Shown piece by piece: positions 18,801 through 28,217 of a stretch of 64,000 nucleotides of DNA (positions within the stretch are counted from its first letter, which is position 1; each line of letters opens with the position of its first letter). The DNA lies in contig JBBQWT010000004.1 in assembly GCA_038210375.1 (NCBI GenBank), positions 101,343 to 165,342 on the forward strand. The letters run 5' to 3'. Made by a program: the position numbers and the translations under genes. The notes beneath the pieces are model-generated. The model saw only the letters and a program-made list of their open reading frames with translations, made no database searches and was not told the origin of the DNA. Origin of the DNA: Terriglobales bacterium (GTDB lineage: Bacteria; Acidobacteriota; Terriglobia; Terriglobales; Acidobacteriaceae).

Positions 18801-21452
18801 ATGCCTTTGACTGCCGGCGCCAGGCTTGGTTCCTACGAAATTCTTTCGCCTCTTGGGGCGGGGGGCATGGGAGAAGTCTATAAGGCGCGCGATACCAGGC
18901 TCGATCGCACCGTCGCCATCAAAGTGCTGGCCTCGCCGCTGGCCGCGACGCCGGAACTTAAGCAACGCTTCGAACGCGAGGCGCGCGCGATTTCGGCATT
19001 CTCTCACCCTCACATCTGCACCCTGCACGACATCGGAAACGATGGCGGCGTGGATTTCCTGGTCATGGAATACCTCGAAGGGGAATCGCTGGACGATCTG
19101 TTGTCGCACGGACCTCTGCCTACGGACCAGGTGTTGCGTTTCGCCATCCAGATCGCCGGCGCCCTGGAAAAAGCGCATCGCCAGGGAATCATCCACCGCG
19201 ATCTGAAGCCGGGCAACGTGATGATCACCCAGAACGGGGCCAAACTTCTTGATTTTGGATTGGCCAAGCAGAGCGTCGCCGCCGGCGGCGCGCAAAGTGA
19301 CCTTGAAACCAGGACGCGGGTGAAGGCATTGACCGCGCAAGGGACGATTGTGGGGACCTGCCAGTACATGGCGCCGGAGCAGCTCGAGGGCCGCGAAGCC
19401 AGCGCGCGCAGCGATATTTTCGCGCTGGGCGCCCTGATCTACGAAATGGCCTCGGGCCAGGCCGCGTTTTCCGGGGAGAGCCAGGCCAGCATCATCGCAT
19501 CGATTCTGAAATCGCAGCCGCCCAACATCAGCGCGGTGGTTGCGGTCTCGCCGCCCGCACTCGACTCCCTGGTGCGAGGCTGCCTGGCTAAAGACCCCGA
19601 GGAACGCTGGCAGACGGTGCATGATGTTCGCCTGCAACTGGAAGCGATCAGCGAGGAAGACGGCGCCAGCGCGCTGCCCGCGATGATCACTTCACGGCGT
19701 TGGCTCAATGAACGCGGCCCCTGGGCACTGGCGCTGGGTATCGGCATGGCGGCGCTGCTGGCAATTACCCAACTGGGGCGCAGCCTGCCGCAGACGCCGG
19801 CGCGATTCCTAATCGCACCGCCGGGCAACACAACACTGCATTACGGATTGGTTTCTCCCGACGGCCGCAGGCTGGCGTTCGTCGCCACCACCAACGGAAA
19901 AACCGAGTTGTGGACCCGATCGCTCGATGTGCTTGCGCTTCACGTGCTGGCTGGGACAGAAGGCATCCGGCGTCAAAGCGCGGGTTATGCGGGCACTTTT
20001 TTCTGGTCGCCCGACAGCAAGTCGATTGGATTCTTCGCTCACGGCAGTCTGAAGATGATTGAAGCCGATGGCGGCCCATCGCAAACGTTATGTGACGCTC
20101 CGGGAGTCGACACTGGCGCCTGGGCGCCCGATGGCACCATCCTACTTGCCGTGGGCCAGGCCCACGACAAGGAAGGGCTCTATCGCATACCGGCTACCGG
20201 CGGCACGCCAGAAAAAATTCGCCTGACCGATGAGAATGGCAAGGACATCAAGTTTGTGTTTTGGCCCGCGATGTTGCCCGATGGAAAACATTTTCTCTTC
20301 AACCAGGATTCACCTGACAGGGGAGAATTATTTTTGCGGGCGGGAGTCATGGGATCCAGCAGTACCCAACGCATCATGCCAGTGGAATCTCGAGTCGAAT
20401 ATGCCGCGCCCGGGTACCTGTTGCATGTGCGCCAGGGCACGCTGCTGGCGCAACCCTTCGATGCCGGCAAGCTTCGCCTGCTGGGGAAACCGGCGCCGCT
20501 GGCCGAGGGACTGGGGTATTACGTCGGCACCGGAACCGCCAATTTTTCCACCTCGCAAACCGGTTTGCTGGTGTACCAACTTCTGGAACAGACCAGTCGG
20601 CAGCTGGTTCGGGTTGACCGTGCCGGGCGCGACGTGGAATCGATCGGAGAATCCATGGCGTATGACAGCCCGCGCTTATCGCCTTCCGGGCGGTTGCTGG
20701 TTTCCAGCATCGGCAAGCCGCAAACTTCCGAGACCGATTTGTGGATGCATGATCTCGCCCGCAAGAGCATGATCCGGCTGACCTCTGAAGCGGGCCAGGC
20801 ACTTTGGCCGGTCTGGTCGCCCGACGGCGCCAGTATTGTGTTCGCCGCCGATTGGGACGGAATCCCGCATTTGTTTTTGCAGGGTCTGGACGGGGCCAAG
20901 GCGATACCACTGTTACCCAGCGGCCCCAGAGTGCAGTTCCCCATGGACTGGTCTCCCGATGGGCGGTTCATTCTTTATGCGATGCGGGATCCGATGAACG
21001 ACTGGGACCTATGGGCATTGCCTTTGCAAGGCGACAAGACGCCTATCCCGGTCGCGGACACAAAATTTTACGAGTCTCAGGGAACGTTTTCCCCAGACGG
21101 CCGCTGGATCGCGTATGTGTCCGATGAGTCAGGCGCTCGCGAAGTATATATCGCGCCGTTTCAGCATGCGGGCGAGCGCAAGCGGGTTTCATCAGAGGGT
21201 GGAGCCGAACCGCGATGGCGCCATGATGGCAGGGAGCTCTTTTATCTTTCCGGGAGCAGGATGATGTCGGTCGCGGTTCGGTTGAGCGACAGCATCGAAC
21301 TCGCCCCGCCCACGCAGTTATTTTCCCCCGCCGAGCCGGGCTACGACGTGTCCACGGATGGGAAGACATTCATTGAGCGGCGGCCCAGCGGTCCCGACGA
21401 CAGCCGCTTTCCCGTGGTCATGCTGAACTGGCCCGCTTCTCTGAAGCAATAA
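18801..21452 (+). CDS. Ser/Thr protein kinase with TM helix and periplasmic TolB-like (PD40 repeat) beta-propeller
   Basis: Hanks kinase motifs GAGGMGEVYKA, VAIKVL, HRDLKPGN, DFGLA and APE. TM helix GPWALALGIGMAALLAI. Repeated WSPDG/FSPDG motifs (WSPDGASIVF, WSPDGRFILY, FSPDGRWIAY). Confidence 0.9.
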   Translation: MPLTAGARLGSYEILSPLGAGGMGEVYKARDTRLDRTVAIKVLASPLAATPELKQRFEREARAISAFSHPHICTLHDIGNDGGVDFLVMEYLEGESLDDLLSHGPLPTDQVLRFAIQIAGALEKAHRQGIIHRDLKPGNVMITQNGAKLLDFGLAKQSVAAGGAQSDLETRTRVKALTAQGTIVGTCQYMAPEQLEGREASARSDIFALGALIYEMASGQAAFSGESQASIIASILKSQPPNISAVVAVSPPALDSLVRGCLAKDPEERWQTVHDVRLQLEAISEEDGASALPAMITSRRWLNERGPWALALGIGMAALLAITQLGRSLPQTPARFLIAPPGNTTLHYGLVSPDGRRLAFVATTNGKTELWTRSLDVLALHVLAGTEGIRRQSAGYAGTFFWSPDSKSIGFFAHGSLKMIEADGGPSQTLCDAPGVDTGAWAPDGTILLAVGQAHDKEGLYRIPATGGTPEKIRLTDENGKDIKFVFWPAMLPDGKHFLFNQDSPDRGELFLRAGVMGSSSTQRIMPVESRVEYAAPGYLLHVRQGTLLAQPFDAGKLRLLGKPAPLAEGLGYYVGTGTANFSTSQTGLLVYQLLEQTSRQLVRVDRAGRDVESIGESMAYDSPRLSPSGRLLVSSIGKPQTSETDLWMHDLARKSMIRLTSEAGQALWPVWSPDGASIVFAADWDGIPHLFLQGLDGAKAIPLLPSGPRVQFPMDWSPDGRFILYAMRDPMNDWDLWALPLQGDKTPIPVADTKFYESQGTFSPDGRWIAYVSDESGAREVYIAPFQHAGERKRVSSEGGAEPRWRHDGRELFYLSGSRMMSVAVRLSDSIELAPPTQLFSPAEPGYDVSTDGKTFIERRPSGPDDSRFPVVMLNWPASLKQ

Positions 21453-21509
21453 AATCCGGCCTCGCTCGCCCCGCTTACCCAGAGTGGGGAATGCTACAGT
21501 GAGTCTCCC

Positions 21510-24098
21510 TTGCTCACTCCTCAGCCCATTCCGGAATTCTGTGACGTTGCCCTGCCGGTGCCGCTGCATTCTACCTTTACCTATCGCCTGAACGGCATGG
21601 AACCCGTGATCGGCGGCCGGGTGCTGGTGCCTTTTGGCAGGGAACGGCTGGCCGGGGTGGTGGTGCGCCTGCACGGCCAGCCGCCGCCGGTGCCGGCCAA
21701 AAATGTGTTGCGCGTGCTCGATGAAGAGGCCGCCCTCGATGAAGGGCTGATGAAGCTTGCGGAATGGATTGCGGATTATTACCTGGCGCCGGTGGGCGAA
21801 GTGTTACGCACCATGCTGCCGCTGCAGGCCGAGGTCAAGAGGATCTGGGAGTATCGCATCGCCCCCGCGGGCGAGGCGGCGTTGCATGATTCCGCCCAGC
21901 AGGGGTCTTCGCGGCGCTCACGGCAGCCCGCCGAACACCAGATGACCGAGTACGCGGTGCTCAATTTTCTTGCCGGCCACCGCGTGCCCAATCCCGCGGC
22001 TACCGGCGGTGGTGAGGAAGCCGCTGATGTTGGCGGCCCGGTGCGCAAGACCGCCTTGCGCTCCGCTACCGGCGCCGGCCAAGAGGTGTTGCGCGGCATG
22101 CTGCGCAAAAAATGGATCACCCGCGAAGATGTTTCCACCGTGCGCGACGCGCGGCGCATGCGGAAGATCGCGGTGCTGCTGCCGCAGCCGAATCCCCCAC
22201 CCCGGCTGAACCAGAACCAGAAGACCATCATCGAAAAGCTGCAAGAATCTGGCGGCCGTCTTGCCGTGGACGAATTGCGTGGTCTGCCGGTGCCCGCATC
22301 CACCCTGCAAACCCTGGTTCGCAAAGGAGTGGCCGAATTAATTCTAGAACCCACCGCCTCATCAACCGGCGGGGACGAAGGCCCGGAAACCCGGGCCCGC
22401 GTGCACGCGCCCCTGGGCTTTATCTTTAATGCCGAACAGAAGTCGGCGCTGGCGGCGATTCTGGCTTCGGTGGCGTCGCAAAAGTTTTCGGTCGCGCTCC
22501 TGCATGGGGTGACCGGCTCCGGCAAGACCGCGGTCTATCTGGCGGCGATGCAGCAGGTGATGGCCACTGGGCGCACCGCGCTGATGCTGGTCCCGGAGAT
22601 CGGTCTGACCCCGGCGGCCGCGGCCGACCTGCATCACGTCTTCGGCGAGCAGGTGGCCATTTTGCATTCCGCGCTTTCCGCTGACGAGCGCGCCGGGCAG
22701 TGGCGGCGCATTCGTTCGGGGGCCGCGCGGGTAGTGGTGGGAACGCGCTCCGCCATCTTCGCTCCGCTGCCTGACCTGGCCCTTATCGTGGTGGATGAGG
22801 AGCATGACACCTCTTACAAGCAGGAAGAAACACCGCGTTACCACGGGCGCGACGTTGCGGTGATGCGGGGCAAGCTGGGCAACTGCACCGTGCTGCTGGG
22901 CTCGGCCACGCCGTCGCTGGAGTCCTATCACAACACCCTGCCGGTCAATGGACGGCGCAAATATGCGTTGATTGAGCTGCGCGAGCGCGTGGAACGCCGG
23001 CCTTTGCCCGAGGTTTCGATCGTTGACATGAAAGCGGAGTTCCAGCGCACCGGCCGCGAACAGATTTTTTCGCAGAAATTGCTGGAGGAGCTTGCGGGCA
23101 GGCTGGCCCTGGGCGAGCAGGCCATGGTGCTGCTTAACCGCCGCGGATATTCAGCGCTGTTGCTGTGCCGCACCTGCGGCCACACCCTTGAATGCGTCAA
23201 CTGCGCCATCGCCCTGACCTATCACAAGGCCTCCAACCGCTTGCTGTGCCACTACTGCGGCTACGTGCGGCCGGTGCCCGGAGTTTGCCCGGAATGTGGC
23301 AGTGAGTACGTCCACTTCGTAGGCACGGGCTCGGAAAAACTTGAAGAAGCGCTGCGAGCGGCTTTGCCCCAGGCGCGCATTGCCCGCCTCGATCGAGACA
23401 CCGTGCGCGGACGCCACCATTTTGCCGGCGTCATCAACCAGTTGCATGAAGGCTCGATCGACATCCTGGTGGGCACCCAGATGATCGCCAAGGGCCACGA
23501 CGTTCACGGGGTCACGCTGGTGGGGGTGGTGGGGGCGGATTTCGCATTGGGATTTCCCGACTTTCGCGCCGCCGAGCGCACCTTCCAGTTGCTGACCCAG
23601 GTGGCGGGACGCGCCGGCCGCGGCGCCACCCCCGGCAAAGTCGTCTTGCAGACCTATTTTCCCGATCACTACGCCATCCAGTTTGCCGCCCATCACGACT
23701 ACCCCGGTTTCCGCGATAAAGAGCTGCGCTACCGCCGCTGGATGCACTACCCGCCCTACACCGCGCTGGCTACGGTGCTGGTGCGCAGCGACAAGCTGGA
23801 ACACGCGCTGAAATTTGCCGGGATACTGGGCCGCTGGTTCGAAAGGCCGGCGAATGCGCCCGACGACGGTCCGCAACCCGCCATGCCCGACGCCAAGCTG
23901 GAAGGAGTGCGCGTGCTGGGCCCGGCGGCGGCGCCCATCGTGCGCCTGAAACGCGACTACCGCTACCACTTCGTACTGAAGTCAGCCAGCCGCCGCAAAT
24001 TGAATGACGCCTTGCGCGCCATGCTGGATTACGCGGTGGCCCAGAAAATCCCGCGTACTAACGTGATCGTGGATGTGGATGCGGTGTCGCTGCTGTAG
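21510..24098 (+). CDS. priA: Primosomal protein N' (replication restart helicase)
   Basis: Walker A GVTGSGKT and the DEEH box VVDEEHD. Cys-rich Zn region CRTCGHTLECVNCAIALTYH...CHYCGY...CPECGS. TTG start. Confidence 0.92.
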   Translation: MLTPQPIPEFCDVALPVPLHSTFTYRLNGMEPVIGGRVLVPFGRERLAGVVVRLHGQPPPVPAKNVLRVLDEEAALDEGLMKLAEWIADYYLAPVGEVLRTMLPLQAEVKRIWEYRIAPAGEAALHDSAQQGSSRRSRQPAEHQMTEYAVLNFLAGHRVPNPAATGGGEEAADVGGPVRKTALRSATGAGQEVLRGMLRKKWITREDVSTVRDARRMRKIAVLLPQPNPPPRLNQNQKTIIEKLQESGGRLAVDELRGLPVPASTLQTLVRKGVAELILEPTASSTGGDEGPETRARVHAPLGFIFNAEQKSALAAILASVASQKFSVALLHGVTGSGKTAVYLAAMQQVMATGRTALMLVPEIGLTPAAAADLHHVFGEQVAILHSALSADERAGQWRRIRSGAARVVVGTRSAIFAPLPDLALIVVDEEHDTSYKQEETPRYHGRDVAVMRGKLGNCTVLLGSATPSLESYHNTLPVNGRRKYALIELRERVERRPLPEVSIVDMKAEFQRTGREQIFSQKLLEELAGRLALGEQAMVLLNRRGYSALLLCRTCGHTLECVNCAIALTYHKASNRLLCHYCGYVRPVPGVCPECGSEYVHFVGTGSEKLEEALRAALPQARIARLDRDTVRGRHHFAGVINQLHEGSIDILVGTQMIAKGHDVHGVTLVGVVGADFALGFPDFRAAERTFQLLTQVAGRAGRGATPGKVVLQTYFPDHYAIQFAAHHDYPGFRDKELRYRRWMHYPPYTALATVLVRSDKLEHALKFAGILGRWFERPANAPDDGPQPAMPDAKLEGVRVLGPAAAPIVRLKRDYRYHFVLKSASRRKLNDALRAMLDYAVAQKIPRTNVIVDVDAVSLL

Positions 24099-24460
24099 GC
24101 TTGCTGATTCTGAAGGCCCGCGAAAAAGGGAAATGTTTCTGCGAGGGACATTTCACCCAAATCGTCTGGGGCACCCGGCATGCAATCCACCGCAATCAAA
24201 CTCGCAATGATCCGGTTCCAGCGGGTTTATTGATCTCGCCGGAGAACTTCCGCCCACTCCTCAGTCCTCATCGATGATCCGCCACCGGGGCTAAAAAGCC
24301 CAAAGCATAAGGTCCACTCTTCGGCGCACTTCAGGGTCTGTATCTCAATTGGACTGTTACGGAAGAGAGTTTTTGCTCTTTGGTGGAAGCAGTGGGCTTC
24401 AGAACCAAAACCGCGCGACACGGCACTTTCACTGATTCCATCCCCGCGAGATTATCGAAC

Positions 24461-25900
24461 CTATTTTCCCGCCTTGCCCGACCCCGACGACGTCACCGCG
24501 GTGCCTTCCTTGTGCAGTTCGATCGACGCATGATTGGTATCGAGCCGCACATTCGGACCGCCTTTTCCCACGGTGCCGGAGGCGCGGGCGGTGCTGCCTG
24601 ACGTGGTGCTGGTGAGGGCAAAATCGTTTTCGATCTCTCCGTGGTCCGCATGCGCGTCAACCTGGAACCCCGCTTCCTGCGGCACCCATACGCGGATGGG
24701 CCCGTTGCGGTTGGTTACGTCCACGCTGCCCAAGGGGCTCAGGCTGTGGATTTCCACGTCCCCGTGACTGTCTTCAACTTTGATATCGCCGCTGACCTCG
24801 TCGAGATGAATGTCTTTGGCGCGGGTAATCACGCTGAACGGGCCGGAGAGCGATTTTGCCCGCAGGTCGCTGCCGTCGAGAAATAGATCTCCCTGCAGCT
24901 TGCCGGTCTTCAAGTCGGTGACCGACGAGCGAAACGTGGCGCCCTCGCTGATGTTCGACAACTTTACTGTGTTGGGATATTCACCGCGCAGGTTGACTGA
25001 GCCGGTGACGTCGGCGATGTCGGTATCGTCGATACGCCCATCGACGTTGACGTTACCCTTGATTTTGCTCACCTTGACCGAGCCGTGATGCACGCTCAGG
25101 CTGACGTTGCCGGTAACGTTTTCGATGGTGCTGTCGCCGTGGGCGTTGCTGGCCTCGAGATCGCCCTGGCGGTCGCTGATGGCTATGTCCCCGTGGCGGG
25201 TATTGACCTGCACCGCGGCGTCCGCGGGCAGATAGATCTCAAGGTCGTTGCTGACCCGCGGACCGATGTGGATGCCGACGCCGACCTGGATACCGTTGCC
25301 CTGCGCCGAGGTGTTGGCGTTGATGGTCACCACCCCGTTATCCACGGTGATGAAGGGCTTGGCCTGATCGCTGAGCTTGCGCGCTTCATCTTCGGATCCG
25401 GCCATGACCTTCTTGTGGGAGACGACCTTCACTTTACCGGCGTCGCCCACGTGGATCTTGACGTCGCCGCGGTCGGAAAACACTTTGAGTTTCTGCCCGG
25501 CAAGAAAAGGTTGTTCGGTCTCATCGGTGAAAGGATGGGCGGTCCCCATCATGCCCATCATGTCATCATCGACGTTGATTTCGTCGCCGATCTGGTTCCA
25601 GTTCACCCCGCCGGATTTTTCCGCGGCCAGGCCAAAAACAATCAGCAGAATGATCAAGGTGACGCTGCCGCCGCCCATACATGGCGCGGGCTCATTATGC
25701 TGCCGCGCCCAGGCGAATTCGAGCAGCCGGACCACGCCCCAGGCAATCAGAATCAGTGGCCAGTACTGGGCAAAGATATGGCCGATGGGCAGGTAAATAC
25801 CGACGTTGCGCAGCAGGAAAATCGAGCCCACTCCGATCAGCAGCAGGGGAAAGAATATTGAGCGTCTGCGCCCCAAGCGATAACCGTATCCGTTAGCCAT
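24461..25900 (-). CDS. Membrane protein with an N-terminal LiaF-TM-type hairpin and a C-terminal DUF4097 (LiaG/YvlB-like) beta-solenoid
   Basis: Start MANGYGYRLGRRRSIFFPLLLIGVGSIFLLRNVG at 25900, in an ATGGCTAA overlap with the upstream ORF's stop. The C-terminal ~300 aa are repetitive G(D/N)(V/I).(V/I) strands typical of DUF4097. The track ORF is extended to 26128. Confidence 0.75.
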   Translation of the reverse strand: MANGYGYRLGRRRSIFFPLLLIGVGSIFLLRNVGIYLPIGHIFAQYWPLILIAWGVVRLLEFAWARQHNEPAPCMGGGSVTLIILLIVFGLAAEKSGGVNWNQIGDEINVDDDMMGMMGTAHPFTDETEQPFLAGQKLKVFSDRGDVKIHVGDAGKVKVVSHKKVMAGSEDEARKLSDQAKPFITVDNGVVTINANTSAQGNGIQVGVGIHIGPRVSNDLEIYLPADAAVQVNTRHGDIAISDRQGDLEASNAHGDSTIENVTGNVSLSVHHGSVKVSKIKGNVNVDGRIDDTDIADVTGSVNLRGEYPNTVKLSNISEGATFRSSVTDLKTGKLQGDLFLDGSDLRAKSLSGPFSVITRAKDIHLDEVSGDIKVEDSHGDVEIHSLSPLGSVDVTNRNGPIRVWVPQEAGFQVDAHADHGEIENDFALTSTTSGSTARASGTVGKGGPNVRLDTNHASIELHKEGTAVTSSGSGKAGK

Positions 25901-26321
25901 GATCCACCTCGGTGGAGGACGAAGTTGAAGCGATTGAACTGGAACCTGCCGAACTCGAGCCGGCAAAAGGTGCGGGTGCAGGGGAGCCGCTGCTGCTATA
26001 GCCGGAGGGGTTTCCCGGAGTAGGGGGCGCGCCGGGAGTTGCTCCGTAGCTGGCGATCGAGCGCCCCTGGGCGCAGCTCCCGAAGCCGCCCCCGAGATGT
26101 CCTTCGATCGACGCCCGGGTGCGGGCAAAGAGCAGAAGGCCGAGCACGATCAGGAACACCGGCCAGGTTCGGTGGAAAGCGAGGTTGGTGAATTGTTCGA
26201 CCAGAAACAATATGCCCAGGGTGATCAAGACGATTCCGCCGGTCGATCGATGCAGCCGGCACCGCTGGCATGGACACGCGATGTTGTCACGATTGCGGCT
26301 CATAAAATCTTTCTCCATCAT
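25893..26321 (-). CDS. Small membrane protein with a LiaF-TM/DUF5668-type hairpin and a Ser/Gly/Pro-rich tail
   Basis: CPCQRCRLHRSTGGIVLITLGILFLVEQF...WPVFLIVLGLLLF. Same strand as its neighbours and overlaps the next gene. Confidence 0.6.
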   Translation of the reverse strand: MMEKDFMSRNRDNIACPCQRCRLHRSTGGIVLITLGILFLVEQFTNLAFHRTWPVFLIVLGLLLFARTRASIEGHLGGGFGSCAQGRSIASYGATPGAPPTPGNPSGYSSSGSPAPAPFAGSSSAGSSSIASTSSSTEVDHG

Positions 26322-26404
26322 TCAACTGCGGTGGCGCCAAAGTGATTCAAGCGTGGGCCGGTGAGAGAAAATTCCGGCCCGGAAATTCGAGCGGTCAGTG
26401 TGGT

Positions 26405-27256
26405 TTAACGCGGCCCCATAGGGCCGATGCCGCGGCGGCGCATCACGATGCTGATGCCCACTCCGATCAGGAAAAGGGGCCACAGCTTGCCGATTCCATG
26501 GAACCCCAGCACCCCAAGATTGTTCAGCAGAAAGAGAAAACCCATTCCGATCAGCACGATCGCTCCGACAGGGAACTGGGGGCCGGTGAAGTGATCTTCG
26601 GGCGCCAGGTGCGCGCCACCACCGCTGGCCAATCCACCCAACGATGGATCGAGAGGGGGAACTGCCCCGGCGCCGGAGACGCCCGCGCCGGGGTGCACGC
26701 TATCCACCGTCCCCGCCGCAGGAGGAGCCGCAAAAGGCACGAAGGGCGCAGCCCCGGGAGCGCCCGCCCGGTGCGTGGTTTGGAACTCCGCGGGACCGAT
26801 GAGGTTGCTGAGCCCGAGATGATCGGGCAGAGGCTCTCCGCGTTCTTTGGCGCGCGCGGTCTGGTAGGCATCGATCGCCATGTAGAACACGAAGAAGGGA
26901 ATGAAGAACCCAAAGAATCCCGCATGGTCAGCCATGGCGATCAACAGGGCAAAGACGCCAACATGAATGAAACCCTTCATGATCTGCCCGTTGTACATTG
27001 CGCCTACGCCGGGAATGAAGCCCAGACCCAAAGCCAGGCCGGAGTTGGGGGCATCGTGCGAGCGGAACGCGGAAGGGACGAAGGGAGGCGGCGGCACAGC
27101 GCCGGCCACGGAAGCGGCCCCGTGCATGCGGGCGGCTATACAGGGTTCGCAATAAACTACGCCGCCCACCTCGCGCTTGCATTGCTCGCACAGCGGCTTG
27201 CCGCAGTTCCGGCAAAAAGCGGTGGCCAGGGTGTCAGTATGAATTGCGCAGTTCAT
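26405..27256 (-). CDS. B-box-type zinc-finger membrane protein with a C-terminal LiaF-TM/DUF5668-type hairpin
   Basis: N-terminus MNCAIHTDTLATAFCRNCGKPLCEQCKREVGGVVYCEPCIA has 7 Cys and 1 His in a cross-brace spacing. Central TM pair (GFIPGVGAMYNGQ...). C-terminal segment GAIVLIGMGFLFLLNNLG...LWPLFLIGVGISIV. Confidence 0.7.
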   Translation of the reverse strand: MNCAIHTDTLATAFCRNCGKPLCEQCKREVGGVVYCEPCIAARMHGAASVAGAVPPPPFVPSAFRSHDAPNSGLALGLGFIPGVGAMYNGQIMKGFIHVGVFALLIAMADHAGFFGFFIPFFVFYMAIDAYQTARAKERGEPLPDHLGLSNLIGPAEFQTTHRAGAPGAAPFVPFAAPPAAGTVDSVHPGAGVSGAGAVPPLDPSLGGLASGGGAHLAPEDHFTGPQFPVGAIVLIGMGFLFLLNNLGVLGFHGIGKLWPLFLIGVGISIVMRRRGIGPMGPR

Positions 27257-27353
27257 GTGTGGTTCTCCTCTTCCGGCAGAGTTGTCTGGGGGTACGATCT
27301 GGCCGGGCTTTTAGTTCGATCAACCATTTCATTTCCGCATCTTTCCCGTCGGT

Positions 27354-28217
27354 CTAGGGAACTGCGACGCCGGCAATGGGCGTCTTCATACCTGAATCGC
27401 CCTGCCGGCCGCCATCGCCCTCACTGCGGGCCTGGACTGCATCCTCGTCGCCCTGCGCCGAGGGAGAAAAATTCTGCGCCGGAGTGCTGTCGCGGTCGCC
27501 GTCGATGGCGTGATTCCCGGAGCTGTTTTTCTTTACCGGGCTGCCGTCATCTTTCGACGTTCCCCGATCTTCTTTGCGGCCGCCGGGTTTCGCCTTCTTC
27601 TCGTCGGGAGCGCTCTGGTTACGCGGCGTCTCCGCGGCCTTTTTCAAATCCTGCACCCGGGCCTGGAACTCGTAAAGGAATCGCATGTTCTCGTAAGCCT
27701 TCACCACGTGGGCCTCGGTGGAGTAGAACTGCCGGGAGATGGCCGAGGGGCGCAAATCGAGATGCCGCAGGTCTTTCATCTGCAAACCCACCACGTTCAT
27801 GATCAAGGTCAGCGAAAAGAACGCCATTCCGAACGACATGGCGATGCGGGGCTGCATGGCGGTGCGCACGATGCCGGCCAGTGAAGTGCGGGGGCGAGCC
27901 GCCATCCATTCCGGGCGCGCGCTGGCGGCGGGGCTGGCTGCGGCCGAACCCAAAGCGGGGGACTGCATGGCCAGCCCGCTGGTGGCGGCCAGAATATTGC
28001 TCACCAGATTCGCCGGAGGTTCAATCTCACCCAGCGTCTTCAGGAATAGCAGGCCTTCACGGGCCTCGAAGTAGAGGGGCCCGCACTGCGGACAAGTATC
28101 GGCATGAGCGTGAAAGGTCTTCTGCTGGGAATGACTCAGATTGTCATCCAGGGCGTCAGACAGGAGCGCTTCAAATTCCGCGCAGTCCATTCCGGTATGT
28201 TGGAGCTCAGTCATCAC
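27354..28217 (-). CDS. Anti-sigma factor (zf-HC2 type), single-pass membrane protein
   Basis: N-terminus CAEFEALLSDALDDNL...HAHADTCPQCGPLYFE follows the H-x3-C-x2-C pattern. One TM helix (AMSFGMAFFSLTLIMNVVGL). ATGA overlap with the sigma gene. Confidence 0.8.
   Translation of the reverse strand: MMTELQHTGMDCAEFEALLSDALDDNLSHSQQKTFHAHADTCPQCGPLYFEAREGLLFLKTLGEIEPPANLVSNILAATSGLAMQSPALGSAAASPAASARPEWMAARPRTSLAGIVRTAMQPRIAMSFGMAFFSLTLIMNVVGLQMKDLRHLDLRPSAISRQFYSTEAHVVKAYENMRFLYEFQARVQDLKKAAETPRNQSAPDEKKAKPGGRKEDRGTSKDDGSPVKKNSSGNHAIDGDRDSTPAQNFSPSAQGDEDAVQARSEGDGGRQGDSGMKTPIAGVAVP

Noticed and set aside
18795-19637. 280-aa minus-strand ORF
   Set aside because: It is antisense to the kinase catalytic domain, and all the Hanks motifs read on the plus strand.
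24099-24460. 362-bp lower-GC gap between convergent priA and the DUF4097 gene, including a 64-aa ORF (24227-24421) and a GAAATGT...ACATTTC hairpin (~24131-24160)
   Set aside because: I recognised no motif, SD or conservation evidence. The hairpin lacks a T-run. It might hold a terminator or sRNA, but nothing supports a call.
26342-27802. 486-aa ORF on the plus strand spanning three minus-strand genes
   Set aside because: It is antisense to the B-box and anti-sigma genes, both of which carry clear motifs. Its extreme Arg/Pro/Gly/Ser content marks it as a shadow ORF.
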